64,000 bases of DNA from Synergistales bacterium. Its GTDB lineage: Bacteria; Synergistota; Synergistia; Synergistales; JAFGMB01. How positions within the stretch are numbered: the first letter of the stretch is position 1; each line of letters begins with the position of its first letter. This document shows, in pieces, positions 20,948 to 29,998 of the stretch. The stretch is taken from assembly GCA_963666205.1 (NCBI GenBank), contig OY762654.1:1824001-1888000 (forward strand), read 5' to 3'. The position numbers and the translations under genes were made by a program. Under the pieces are notes generated by a model. It made no database searches and was not told the DNA's origin. It saw only the letters and a program-made list of their open reading frames with translations.

Positions 20948-22246
20948 CTATTCGAACCTTTTCTTTATGAAATCAATGATGATACTGTCAACCCCGGTCA
21001 TTCCTTCCACATTGATGGAAGCAGCGTTTGCCACGGTCTTCTCTATGGTATCGTCCACCACTCCCTGGGGTCCGTTCAGGCCATTGCCTCCCATCACGAT
21101 CATGGCCGCATGGTAGGATTCAAGGGCTCCCGTCCCTACCTTCAGGGCACAGGTCTCCTTCGCTCCGTCACATACCATCCCTACAAGGTTCCCCAGTACC
21201 ATCTCCACTGCCTTCTCTGCCTTTGCTATGTCTTTACTCAGAAGATAGACGATCCCCGATGCCGCTCCTGCTCCTGCAGCTACGCTGCATCCGCATACGG
21301 GGCTGAGTCTGCCCATCCTGCTCTTTATGAAGGATGTGGTGAGGTGGCTGAAGGCTATGGCTTTCGCTATCTCTTCCCTGCTCTTGCCATAATGATCTCC
21401 TGCTACGTATACGGGAAGGATGGCGGTGATCCCGTGGTTGCCGCTTCCGGCACTGCTCATAACGGGATAGGGTGCTCCGTCCATTCGTGCGTCGGAGGCT
21501 GCCGCCGCCACTGCCTTGATCCTGCTGCTCAGGTCATCGGAGTCGTAATGCTCACCTGCCAGTTTCTTTATGGTGGATCCGAGGTTGATGCCTACGTTGT
21601 GAGTGAATCCGTATTCGGCTATGGTGAGGTTCATGTCCACTCCGTTCATGACGTAGTCCACGTCCTCTGCGTCCATGTCCTCAGCCATACTGACCAGCTC
21701 CGAGTAGTTCATCCTTTCCACCTGCTCGGGGATGGATAGGGTCTTACTGCCGTTCTTGTCCTCTGTCCCTTTTTCTGTTTCAAATATGACCCTGTCGTTG
21801 AGGGTAACCTTCGTTATATTGGTGTGGGTGCTCTCTATGACCGTCACTGCTGTGTCATTTTCACTGCTCACCCTGGATTCCACATATACTCCGTGGCGGT
21901 CAAGGTCGGGGATTATGACCACCTTCCCTGAATCCACCATGGCCTGGGACTTTTTCACAGTATCGGCATCGCAGTCCTTGAGAACTTCAAGGCCGTATTC
22001 CGACTTTCCCTGAAGGGCTGCCATGGCTGCTGCTATGTCGTTGCCCTTGAGGCCTCCTGTACCTGGAATACCTACGTACATGCCGTTCTTGTATATGCTG
22101 TCGCTTACCACTACCTCGATCTCTTTAACGGGGGCCCCTCCAAGTTCCTCTACGGCCCTCGCTACGCCCAGTGCCACCGCACCGGGCTCAGTACATCCCA
22201 ATGCAGGCTTCACTTCCGATCTCAAAAATTCCCTGATTGTAAACAA
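20948..22246 (-). CDS. L-cysteine desulfidase family protein (CyuA/YhaM, UPF0597; Fe-S, serine dehydratase alpha-like)
   Basis: PALGCTEP, KN...V.IPGT, H.NI, ASDARM.G, MSSAGSGNHG, LSPVCGC, GMVCDGAK.TCALK. Confidence 0.9.
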   Translation of the reverse strand: MFTIREFLRSEVKPALGCTEPGAVALGVARAVEELGGAPVKEIEVVVSDSIYKNGMYVGIPGTGGLKGNDIAAAMAALQGKSEYGLEVLKDCDADTVKKSQAMVDSGKVVIIPDLDRHGVYVESRVSSENDTAVTVIESTHTNITKVTLNDRVIFETEKGTEDKNGSKTLSIPEQVERMNYSELVSMAEDMDAEDVDYVMNGVDMNLTIAEYGFTHNVGINLGSTIKKLAGEHYDSDDLSSRIKAVAAAASDARMDGAPYPVMSSAGSGNHGITAILPVYVAGDHYGKSREEIAKAIAFSHLTTSFIKSRMGRLSPVCGCSVAAGAGAASGIVYLLSKDIAKAEKAVEMVLGNLVGMVCDGAKETCALKVGTGALESYHAAMIVMGGNGLNGPQGVVDDTIEKTVANAASINVEGMTGVDSIIIDFIKKRFE

Positions 22247-22279
22247 GATATATACCTCCAGTATCTATTCATATGTTGA

Positions 22280-22963
22280 TCAGTTTCCGTTATTTGTTAT
22301 CTTGTTCAGGTATCTGTAGATGGAGTTCTCTGAAGTTTCAAGAAGACTTGCCACTTCGCCCAGTGCACCTCGGAGAAGGAAGACTCCCCTTGAATTAAGT
22401 TTCTCTACAATATCCATTTTTTCGTCGGGAGTCATTCTTGAAGGAGGAACAGGGGAACCATGGATAGTATCCTTGATGATGGAATGGGTCAGGTCCTCTA
22501 TGGAATTATCTTCTTCCTCGGCAAGGATGACCGGCTGTGGTTCCTGCTGAATCCTTACTCCAGGTCCGAGAACGTATTCGTCCAGAAGTTCTTTGAGTTC
22601 TGAAAATCTGGTCAGGTCCATGTTCAGGCAGAGAAGACCGATAAGATCTCCATCTTCATCTTTAATCAGGTAAGACGCAGTTTTACGCTTTCTTCCCTTC
22701 TCATCGGATACTATCCTAGATTTAATGAAATCTGCAGAAGGGTTTTCCTGTTCACGAAAAAATCTCCCCAGATTCTTTAAGGGATCTCCTATGGTTCTTC
22801 CACTGATGTGATTGTTCTCTATGGCGACTATGGATTTCTCTATATTTCTCACATCGTGGAGGACTACTTCACAGTTATAACCAAGGAAACGGGCTAGAAA
22901 TTTCACCAGGGGAACATATGCCTGAAGTTTTTTATTAATTTCCTGGTCAGTCTTCATGAGCAT
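22280..22963 (-). CDS. YheO-like PAS + HTH transcriptional regulator
   Basis: CEVVLHD, SIVAIEN..ISGR..GDP, IGLLCLN.D, GVFLLRGA...VA..L..S..SIYRYL. Confidence 0.92.
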   Translation of the reverse strand: MLMKTDQEINKKLQAYVPLVKFLARFLGYNCEVVLHDVRNIEKSIVAIENNHISGRTIGDPLKNLGRFFREQENPSADFIKSRIVSDEKGRKRKTASYLIKDEDGDLIGLLCLNMDLTRFSELKELLDEYVLGPGVRIQQEPQPVILAEEEDNSIEDLTHSIIKDTIHGSPVPPSRMTPDEKMDIVEKLNSRGVFLLRGALGEVASLLETSENSIYRYLNKITNNGN

Positions 22964-23278
22964 TCCTCCAAAAATTAGAATTATTGCAAACGTAGAGATA
23001 AAAATATATTTTTATGGTAATAAGAAATTTTTATAACCTTGATAATAAACTTTTACCACAAAAAAATATTTTTACAAGGGGAAAATATTTGTATTATGTA
23101 TTCGACTATTAGAAATGGAGAAAAATCAGGTTGATCTTGTGAGAGTGCAAATCCCAACCCGGTATAGAAGGGGGTACATATTTCCAAAGGAGCTGTGAAG
23201 AATGATTTATCTTCACAGCTCCAGAAAGAATGTTGGACAGATTCAGCGTTCAGGCAGTAATAGAAGGATGTTGTCCCT

Positions 23279-24562
23279 TTACTTGACCATTTCCGGGAGA
23301 TACATGATTACAGAAGGGAATATAATAGCCATAAACAGGGAGATAACAGCTATAAGAACGATTGGAAGTACTGCCCTGCTGCTTTTAGCCAGATCCACAT
23401 TTCCAACTCCCGAGGCAACGAAAAGACAGGTTCCCACGGGAGGAGTGAGGGCTCCAATACAGATATTAAGAACCAGGAGCACTCCAAAATAGATAGGATC
23501 GATCCCCGCTATTTTTATCAGGGGAAGAGCTACCGGACTTATTAGAACCAGAATAGAAACTGCGTCGATAAAGCAGCCGAGGAAAAGGATGAAAATATTC
23601 AACAGGATCAGGATGATTAGGGGATTCTTTGAAACAGACAACAGTGATCTCGTTATGGTCTGAGGTATCTGCTGACTTGTCAGAACCCAGCTTAGAAATG
23701 AAGCAACCGCTATTATGAACATTACCGAGGAAGTATTTCGAGCAGCTCGGGCAAAAACTTCAGGGATGTCTTTCCATTTCAACTCACCATAGATAAATTT
23801 ACCTACCAGAAAAGCATAGACAGCAGCAACCACAGAAGATTCGGTTGCAGTGAAAATTCCGCTCAGGATGCCGCCAAGTATTATCACTGGCATTAGAAAT
23901 GCAAGGAAGCCTTTCTGAAAAGTCCTTAGGAGCTTTTCAAAACTGAAGGATGATGTTTCCCTGGGATAATCGTGACGAAGGGCTTCGTAATATGAGTATG
24001 CCATCAGGAAGAGCCCGAAGGTTATACCTGGAATAACCCCCCCAAGAAATAGTTTGGCTACAGAAACATTTGCTATCACGGCATAAATAACCATGGGGAT
24101 ACTCGGCGGAATTATGGGGCCGATTGCCCCTCCTGCCGCAATAAGTGCTGCGGCGAAACCTTCCCTGTATCCTTTTTCCCTCATGGAAGGTATCAGAAGA
24201 GAACCCACTGCAGCAGTATCTGCGACAGCCGAACCACTCAAGCCCGCAAAAAGCATGGATAAGACAACAGCAACCTGGGCAAGACCGCCTCTCATCCGGC
24301 CAACCAGGGCAAATGAAAATTCCATGAGTCTTCTGGAAATACCTCCTGCTTCCATGAGTGTTCCCGCAAGCATAAAGAAAGGAACAGCAAGAAGGGAGAA
24401 ATGGTCTACTCCCTGGTACATAACGTGGCCAAGAAGTACGGGATTGAAAATGCCCTGTACTGATGCGATGAGAACACCTGTCAGTCCGAGGGCTATGGCA
24501 ATTGGCATCCCGAAAATTACAGTAAGAAAAAACAGGATGAAATACAGGATGATCTGGAGCAT
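23279..24562 (-). CDS. dctM: TRAP transporter large permease DctM
   Basis: LAVPFF, SGSAVAD, IIPPSI, GIFTATES, LTPPVG. Confidence 0.93.
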   Translation of the reverse strand: MLQIILYFILFFLTVIFGMPIAIALGLTGVLIASVQGIFNPVLLGHVMYQGVDHFSLLAVPFFMLAGTLMEAGGISRRLMEFSFALVGRMRGGLAQVAVVLSMLFAGLSGSAVADTAAVGSLLIPSMREKGYREGFAAALIAAGGAIGPIIPPSIPMVIYAVIANVSVAKLFLGGVIPGITFGLFLMAYSYYEALRHDYPRETSSFSFEKLLRTFQKGFLAFLMPVIILGGILSGIFTATESSVVAAVYAFLVGKFIYGELKWKDIPEVFARAARNTSSVMFIIAVASFLSWVLTSQQIPQTITRSLLSVSKNPLIILILLNIFILFLGCFIDAVSILVLISPVALPLIKIAGIDPIYFGVLLVLNICIGALTPPVGTCLFVASGVGNVDLAKSSRAVLPIVLIAVISLFMAIIFPSVIMYLPEMVK

Positions 24563-25060
24563 TTAGGCATCCTCCGCTGTTCTAGTCCAGTTGTGAATAA
24601 GGCGTTCAATAATAACGATAATAGCAAGTATTCCTGATACAGGGATCACCATGTAGATCATGCCCATGGGTACATTTATGGAAGTGGCCATCTGCATCAT
24701 CTGTCTTTTAACCAGGGGTATGCTTCCCTTGGACAGGTAATAAAAAAACAGTATGTAGCTTGCTGAAATAAATAAAGACATGAACCTGGATCTCCAGCCT
24801 TTTAGTCTTGAAAGAAACAGATTGAAGGATGTCATTCCTGATCTGTATATCAGGGTTGGTACTCCGGCAAAAACGACCCATGTAAAGAGAAAGCGCGAAA
24901 GTTCCTCGCTCCATGGAATGGAAAAATCAAGCAGATATCGGCAGAAAACCTGGGCAAAGGTGGCTGTGGTCATGATCAGAAGAAAAAAGAAAAGCATGTA
25001 TGTGGATATCTTGTCTATTGCAAAAGCTGTCCTGGAAAGGGCTTTTTGAAAAAATTGCAT
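24563..25060 (-). CDS. dctQ: TRAP transporter small permease DctQ
   Basis: QVFCRY, WSEELSR, four TM segments. Start at 25060 (SD GGAGGA). Confidence 0.88.
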   Translation of the reverse strand: MQFFQKALSRTAFAIDKISTYMLFFFLLIMTTATFAQVFCRYLLDFSIPWSEELSRFLFTWVVFAGVPTLIYRSGMTSFNLFLSRLKGWRSRFMSLFISASYILFFYYLSKGSIPLVKRQMMQMATSINVPMGMIYMVIPVSGILAIIVIIERLIHNWTRTAEDA

Positions 25061-25145
25061 TGATGAAGGTCCTCCCATATCAGAAAACTGACAGGGGAAA
25101 GAAAGAACTTCTTTCCCCTGTATATCTTCATTTTAGCTGTTAAGT

Positions 25146-26138
25146 TTATTTTACAGTTTTGATCCTCTCGATGTACTCTCCGGCAGTCTTGCCGTTAGCC
25201 TTGGTAAATTCATCATAAATTGAGCCCATGTATTCAGCGAACTCACTTTTATCTACTTCATTTATCTCCATGCCCTGGTTTTTGAGATTTTCCAGCAGTT
25301 TCTGTTCCTGATCCTCAACCATTTTACGGACTTCTGGTCTTACCTCCTCAAAGGCCTCGACAACGATCTTCTGGAGGTCTTCCGGAAGGCTGTTGTAGAA
25401 CTGGTCAGAGATCATTATAGTGACGGGAGAATAGATGTGGCCGGTAAGAGAAAGATACTTCTGGACCTCGTAAAGTTTGGATGCCCAGATTATGGAAAGA
25501 GGATTTTCCTGACCGTCAATAACTCCCTGCTGCAGAGAAGTGTACACATCGCCGAAGGGCATTGGGACAGGGCTTGCTCCAAGAGCAGCGATAGTATCCA
25601 TTACCGTTTTTGTTTCAGGAACGCGTATCTTCAGACCCTTGAAATCCTCCGGTTTTACAATTGCTTTTTTGGAGTTGGTAGTATTTCTATAAAGATTCAT
25701 CCAGTAACCCAGTATCCTTATACCTGTTTTTTCCCTGAACAGCTCGTTAAGTTCCTGACCGATCTCTCCGTCCACTGTGTTGTAGACATGCTGGTTATCA
25801 CGGTAAAGATAGGGAAGTTCAAGAACTCCAAGGAGGGGCATGAAGGATGCCAGTCCGCCGGGGCTCTGGGTACCTATTTCGATGGTTCCCAACTGAAGAC
25901 CTTCAGAAATTGCTCTCAGGTTTCCCAACTGTCCGCTTGGATAGGCAGTAGCCTCGATCCGACCGCCGGATTTCTCGTTCATTATTGAAGCCATTTTTTC
26001 GAAACCAACGTGAAGTGGATGTTCAGGTGCTGTTACGTTCGCGATCTTGATGACATACTTGTCAGCCGCTGAAGCAGTCAACGCGAACAGAGACAGGGCT
26101 AGAACTACTACAACTGATAATATGAAGCACTTTTTCAT
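25146..26138 (-). CDS. dctP: TRAP substrate-binding protein DctP
   Basis: Signal peptide, YPSGQLG, GLKIRV (carboxylate-binding Arg), LQQGVIDGQENP. Confidence 0.93.
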   Translation of the reverse strand: MKKCFILSVVVVLALSLFALTASAADKYVIKIANVTAPEHPLHVGFEKMASIMNEKSGGRIEATAYPSGQLGNLRAISEGLQLGTIEIGTQSPGGLASFMPLLGVLELPYLYRDNQHVYNTVDGEIGQELNELFREKTGIRILGYWMNLYRNTTNSKKAIVKPEDFKGLKIRVPETKTVMDTIAALGASPVPMPFGDVYTSLQQGVIDGQENPLSIIWASKLYEVQKYLSLTGHIYSPVTIMISDQFYNSLPEDLQKIVVEAFEEVRPEVRKMVEDQEQKLLENLKNQGMEINEVDKSEFAEYMGSIYDEFTKANGKTAGEYIERIKTVK

Positions 26139-26170
26139 GAAAAACACCCCTTTGGAAAATATTGTTTTCT

Positions 26171-26210
26171 TATAATAATCAGATATCGTATCCGATATCT
26201 GATTATTATA
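26171..26210. promoter_or_regulatory. Perfect 18-bp inverted repeat (probable operator) upstream of dctP
   Basis: TATAATAATCAGATATCG-tatc-CGATATCTGATTATTATA; includes a minus-strand TATAAT at 26205-26210. Confidence 0.65.
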
Positions 26211-26497
26211 TCATTTGTTCCAGATTATTTAATACCCCTTCAGGATAATGACTAAGCTAATTCAAGACGAAATAGTTCCATATTTCTCTCCAGAAATAAT
26301 ATGAGATCCTGGTGGTATGCAGGATAAGTAATGAGAATATCTGTAAATGTGCACTCCTGATTTCAGAATGTATCTCTGGAGCCTGGTCGATGCAGAATCG
26401 CAGATCAGGAATGGTTCAGGTTTGCCCTTTTTTCGATGTAGAGGCATAATTAACGATTGTGTTCACTATTGTATTGCGTGGATGGGGAGGTTTTTAT

Positions 26498-27286
26498 TTG
26501 CAGTTAGTGATAATTTCAATTGCTACATTTCTGGTTGCAGTTTTCATGACCATGGCAGGCCGGGGTGGAGGAAACTTTTATGTGCTTCTTCAGGTTGCAG
26601 CGGGTGCTTCAATGGGTATGGCCGCCAGTACCGGTCAGTTCCTCATGTTCGCCACTTCTCTTGCAGCCATGTTCATTTTCAATAAACACAAGACAGTTTC
26701 CTGGTCTATGGCGATATTCATTGGCCTTACCACAAGCCTTATGGCTTTTGTAGGAGGGTTTTCGGCCAGCTATTTTTCAGGCACATGCCTGAAACTGGTT
26801 TTCTCAGTCATGCTTGTAATAGCATCCATATTCATGCTTTTCCCTGTGCGGGAAAGAGAAGGAGAATTACCCTCCGGTTTTGGACTATGGAAGATATCCT
26901 TTGATGGAGAAGAGTATGTCATTAACTTCTGGATAGCCCTTCCTGTAGCTCTTGCTACAGGATTTGTTGCCGGTATGGTGGGTGTTTCAGGAGGATCTTT
27001 TCTGATCCCTCTCATGGTTCTGGGCTGCCGCCTGCCCATGCACGTAGCAGTCGGAACTGCTTCCGTAATGGTTGCAGCTACGGCTGGAATGGGTTTTCTC
27101 GGCCACCTTGCCAGCGGTGGAGTAGACTTTGCCTGGGTATTGCCCCAGGCGGGTGTGGCTATACTTGGCGGGGTTATTGGCAGCAGGCTTGCCCTTAAAA
27201 CCAGGCCAAAGTCTCTGAAAATGGTCTTTGCCCTGACAACTTTCATCGCTGCAGGTCTCATGTTCTTCAACGCCATTACAGGGTAA
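26498..27286 (+). CDS. Sulfite exporter TauE/SafE family protein
   Basis: Duplicated G.GGG motifs (MAGRGGGNFYV; GMVGVSGGSFLIP), AVGTAS. TTG start after GGGGAGG. Confidence 0.88.
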   Translation: MQLVIISIATFLVAVFMTMAGRGGGNFYVLLQVAAGASMGMAASTGQFLMFATSLAAMFIFNKHKTVSWSMAIFIGLTTSLMAFVGGFSASYFSGTCLKLVFSVMLVIASIFMLFPVREREGELPSGFGLWKISFDGEEYVINFWIALPVALATGFVAGMVGVSGGSFLIPLMVLGCRLPMHVAVGTASVMVAATAGMGFLGHLASGGVDFAWVLPQAGVAILGGVIGSRLALKTRPKSLKMVFALTTFIAAGLMFFNAITG

Positions 27287-27290
27287 GTCA

Positions 27291-27322
27291 ATTTTAGATT
27301 GCCGATTTTAGATTTTGGATTT
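27291..27322. repeat. Heptamer tandem repeat (GATTTTR-type), member of a dispersed family
   Basis: ATTTTAG ATTGCCG ATTTTAG ATTTTGG ATTT. The first 19 nt match 39709-39727 exactly. Confidence 0.7.
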
Positions 27323-27418
27323 GAAACCATCAACAGCTGAAAACAGGATCGAGGATCTTTTCCATGGGATAAAAGTCATATTCTCTGTAGATTCCCTGTT
27401 ACTATCTTAACTACCCCA

Positions 27419-27889
27419 TCATTTCTTTATTACGTTTCTGTCCAGTATGAAGTCTACGGGAGTGGGTTCATTCACGCTGTCTACCACGGGGCAGAGAGAT
27501 GCCACCTTTTCAATAAATGCTTTCTTTTTAAGGTCATCAAGGGGAGAATCCAGGTTCACAATGACCTTCATAACAGGAAAACCTACCCTGTTTACTGAAT
27601 CTTCACCCATGGTTTTCCTTACGTCTATTTCGCCTTCCACCTTTGCAGAGATCGAATTTATAGGTACTCCAGCCTTGGCTGCAACCCTCCGGGCTGTGCT
27701 GAGGAAACATGCTCCAACAGAAAAGGCAAAGGTTTCAAAAGGAGTTGGTGCCGTGTCTCCGCCTCCCAGGCTTTCGAGGAGATCTGTCTTAAGGGAATAC
27801 TTTCTTGCTTTTCCCACAACGGTATTACCCTTCCCTTCCTGGAGCGAAACACTTACAGGCAGCATAACAGGTTTTCCTATCTCTACCAT
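27419..27889 (-). CDS. OsmC family protein
   Basis: D....LGGGDTAPTP.E, GAC, second cysteine in CPV.DS. Confidence 0.85.
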   Translation of the reverse strand: MVEIGKPVMLPVSVSLQEGKGNTVVGKARKYSLKTDLLESLGGGDTAPTPFETFAFSVGACFLSTARRVAAKAGVPINSISAKVEGEIDVRKTMGEDSVNRVGFPVMKVIVNLDSPLDDLKKKAFIEKVASLCPVVDSVNEPTPVDFILDRNVIKK

Positions 27890-28201
27890 GTCTTGAGACT
27901 CCTTCCATAATCTGAATAGATTCATGTATTTCAGTTTAACAGCCCTTGTGATAACGAGTCAACCAGATAAATAGATATTATAAGATCAAAGACAGGGTCA
28001 TTAATTTACCCTGAATTTATTACCTCTTGATCCTGAAACCAGTTTTCTGTTTATAATATTAATTATTTTTCTGAATGATATAATCTTTTCAATAACTCCT
28101 CCAAATTACGATAATTCAATCCGCAACTGGTATGCACAGAATACAGGCCTGCGATCATTCTCTTTTCATTCATGATCATTTAGAGATAAGGATCATTTCA
28201 G

Positions 28202-29860
28202 ATGATGACAAAGATAAGGAGTATTTCCGGAGATCTTGTAACAGGTTTAAGCATGGCGACTATCATTATCCCCTTTTCAATGGCCTATTCCGTGAATGCA
28301 GGGCTTCCTGTATCTTACGGACTGTCTGCTGCTGCCATACCGCCGCTGATGTACCTCTTTTTCGGCACTTCTCCCTATCTTTCTGTTGGTCCGGTGGCCA
28401 TGCTTTCCCTTATCATATTTCAGGGGTGTTCTCCCTTTGCTGTACCCGGCACGTCTGAGTATATTTCATTGGTACTCATGGTCACCTTCATGGTAGGAGC
28501 CATACAGCTTCTGGCTGGTTTTATCCGGGCCGGTTTTATAATGTCCTTTCTTTCCCAGGCCGTGATAAACGGATTTACTTATGGTGCAGCCCTGGTCATT
28601 TTTACCAGCCAGTTTCGACATGTTCTTGGTATTGATATTAACCCCGTAGGTTCCATGGCCCAGATCATCTACAGGGTATTTCTGAATATAAGGCAGCTGA
28701 ATGTTTTGTCCCTGAGCCTGGCTGTCACTTCCATTGTTCTTATTCTGACCCTTGAGAAAAAATACCCCCGTTTTCCAGCACCTCTACTGGTTATAGTAAC
28801 GGGGAGCATAATGACCTGTCTGCTGAGACTGGATAATTTCGGAGTGAGGGTGGTGGGTGATATAGGAACCAGTTTCCCTGCCATTGTCCTTCCCCTGGGA
28901 AACCTTCCCATGATACCCCATCTTCTTCCCGTTACATTTACTCTTCTGGTGGTGGGAATGATGGAATCAGTTCCCATATCCCGCCACCTGGCCTCCCGGT
29001 CCAGGAAAAAGTTCCATATCGACGCGGAGTTGAAGGGCTTAGGTCTTGCAAACCTGGTGTCTTCATTCCTGAGTGGATATGTAGTTACTGGAGGTCTCGC
29101 GAGAACTCTTTTCAACTATCGGTCAGGAGCGCGGACCAAAGTATCATCGAGCATAACCTCTGTGCTGGTGATCATAAGCCTTGTAATGTTCAGGAAGATC
29201 TTTTATTACATTCCACAGCCTGTCCTTTCTTCCCTTATCATGTGCTCGGCTATTTCCCTCTATATGACAGAAGATGTCAGGTATCTTTACAGAGTTGAAA
29301 AGAAAGATGGAACAGTTCTGCTCCTGACTTTCGTAACTACCATTTTCGTGGGTGTGCAGTGGGGTCTAGTGCTGGGGATATTGCTTTCCCTGGTATTACT
29401 CCTTCATAAACATATAGAACCATGTACCGAGGAACTTGGTTACTCAAGGCAGGAGGATCAGTTTATGGAGCTATGTAAATGCGGTGAAAAGGGTTCTTTT
29501 GACGAGGGTGCTATCCTCAGGGCAAAAGGAGATCTTCATTTTGCCAATATCCATCATCTTGAAGACCTTGTCCATCAGAAGATCCTTGAAAAGTCATCCC
29601 TGGTATGGATACTTATGGATCTGAAGGATGTTGACGATATGGACGGAGTGGCAGTTATGAAGATGGAAGAGCTTATGGACCGATGCATGAGCAATAACAT
29701 ATCCCTGCATATATCTGGGGTGCAGGGCGAAGTTAAGATAAGGCTCGATATGCTTGGATGGCCGGAAAAATATAAAAACTCAATTCATACTGATCTTAAG
29801 AGTGCCCTCGATAAAATCGATTCGGGACACAAGTGCGATCCCTTTATCCGTTTCATTTAG
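28202..29860 (+). CDS. SulP/SLC26 family anion transporter with STAS domain
   Basis: GD..TGL, IP.SMAY, FGTS..LSVGP, GLANL, GG.AR, C-terminal L.FAN...D..D.D STAS. Confidence 0.9.
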   Translation: MMTKIRSISGDLVTGLSMATIIIPFSMAYSVNAGLPVSYGLSAAAIPPLMYLFFGTSPYLSVGPVAMLSLIIFQGCSPFAVPGTSEYISLVLMVTFMVGAIQLLAGFIRAGFIMSFLSQAVINGFTYGAALVIFTSQFRHVLGIDINPVGSMAQIIYRVFLNIRQLNVLSLSLAVTSIVLILTLEKKYPRFPAPLLVIVTGSIMTCLLRLDNFGVRVVGDIGTSFPAIVLPLGNLPMIPHLLPVTFTLLVVGMMESVPISRHLASRSRKKFHIDAELKGLGLANLVSSFLSGYVVTGGLARTLFNYRSGARTKVSSSITSVLVIISLVMFRKIFYYIPQPVLSSLIMCSAISLYMTEDVRYLYRVEKKDGTVLLLTFVTTIFVGVQWGLVLGILLSLVLLLHKHIEPCTEELGYSRQEDQFMELCKCGEKGSFDEGAILRAKGDLHFANIHHLEDLVHQKILEKSSLVWILMDLKDVDDMDGVAVMKMEELMDRCMSNNISLHISGVQGEVKIRLDMLGWPEKYKNSIHTDLKSALDKIDSGHKCDPFIRFI

Positions 29861-29998
29861 CTGTTTGTTTATACATCTGTTCTTCTGATTTTTTATCTTC
29901 AGGTCCAATTGAGACGCTATTGAACCTGGGAAAATATGCCAGCCTTCTGCTACTGCTCGTCAGAGTGGGATCTACACTTCCTCCCCAAAAGAGTATTG

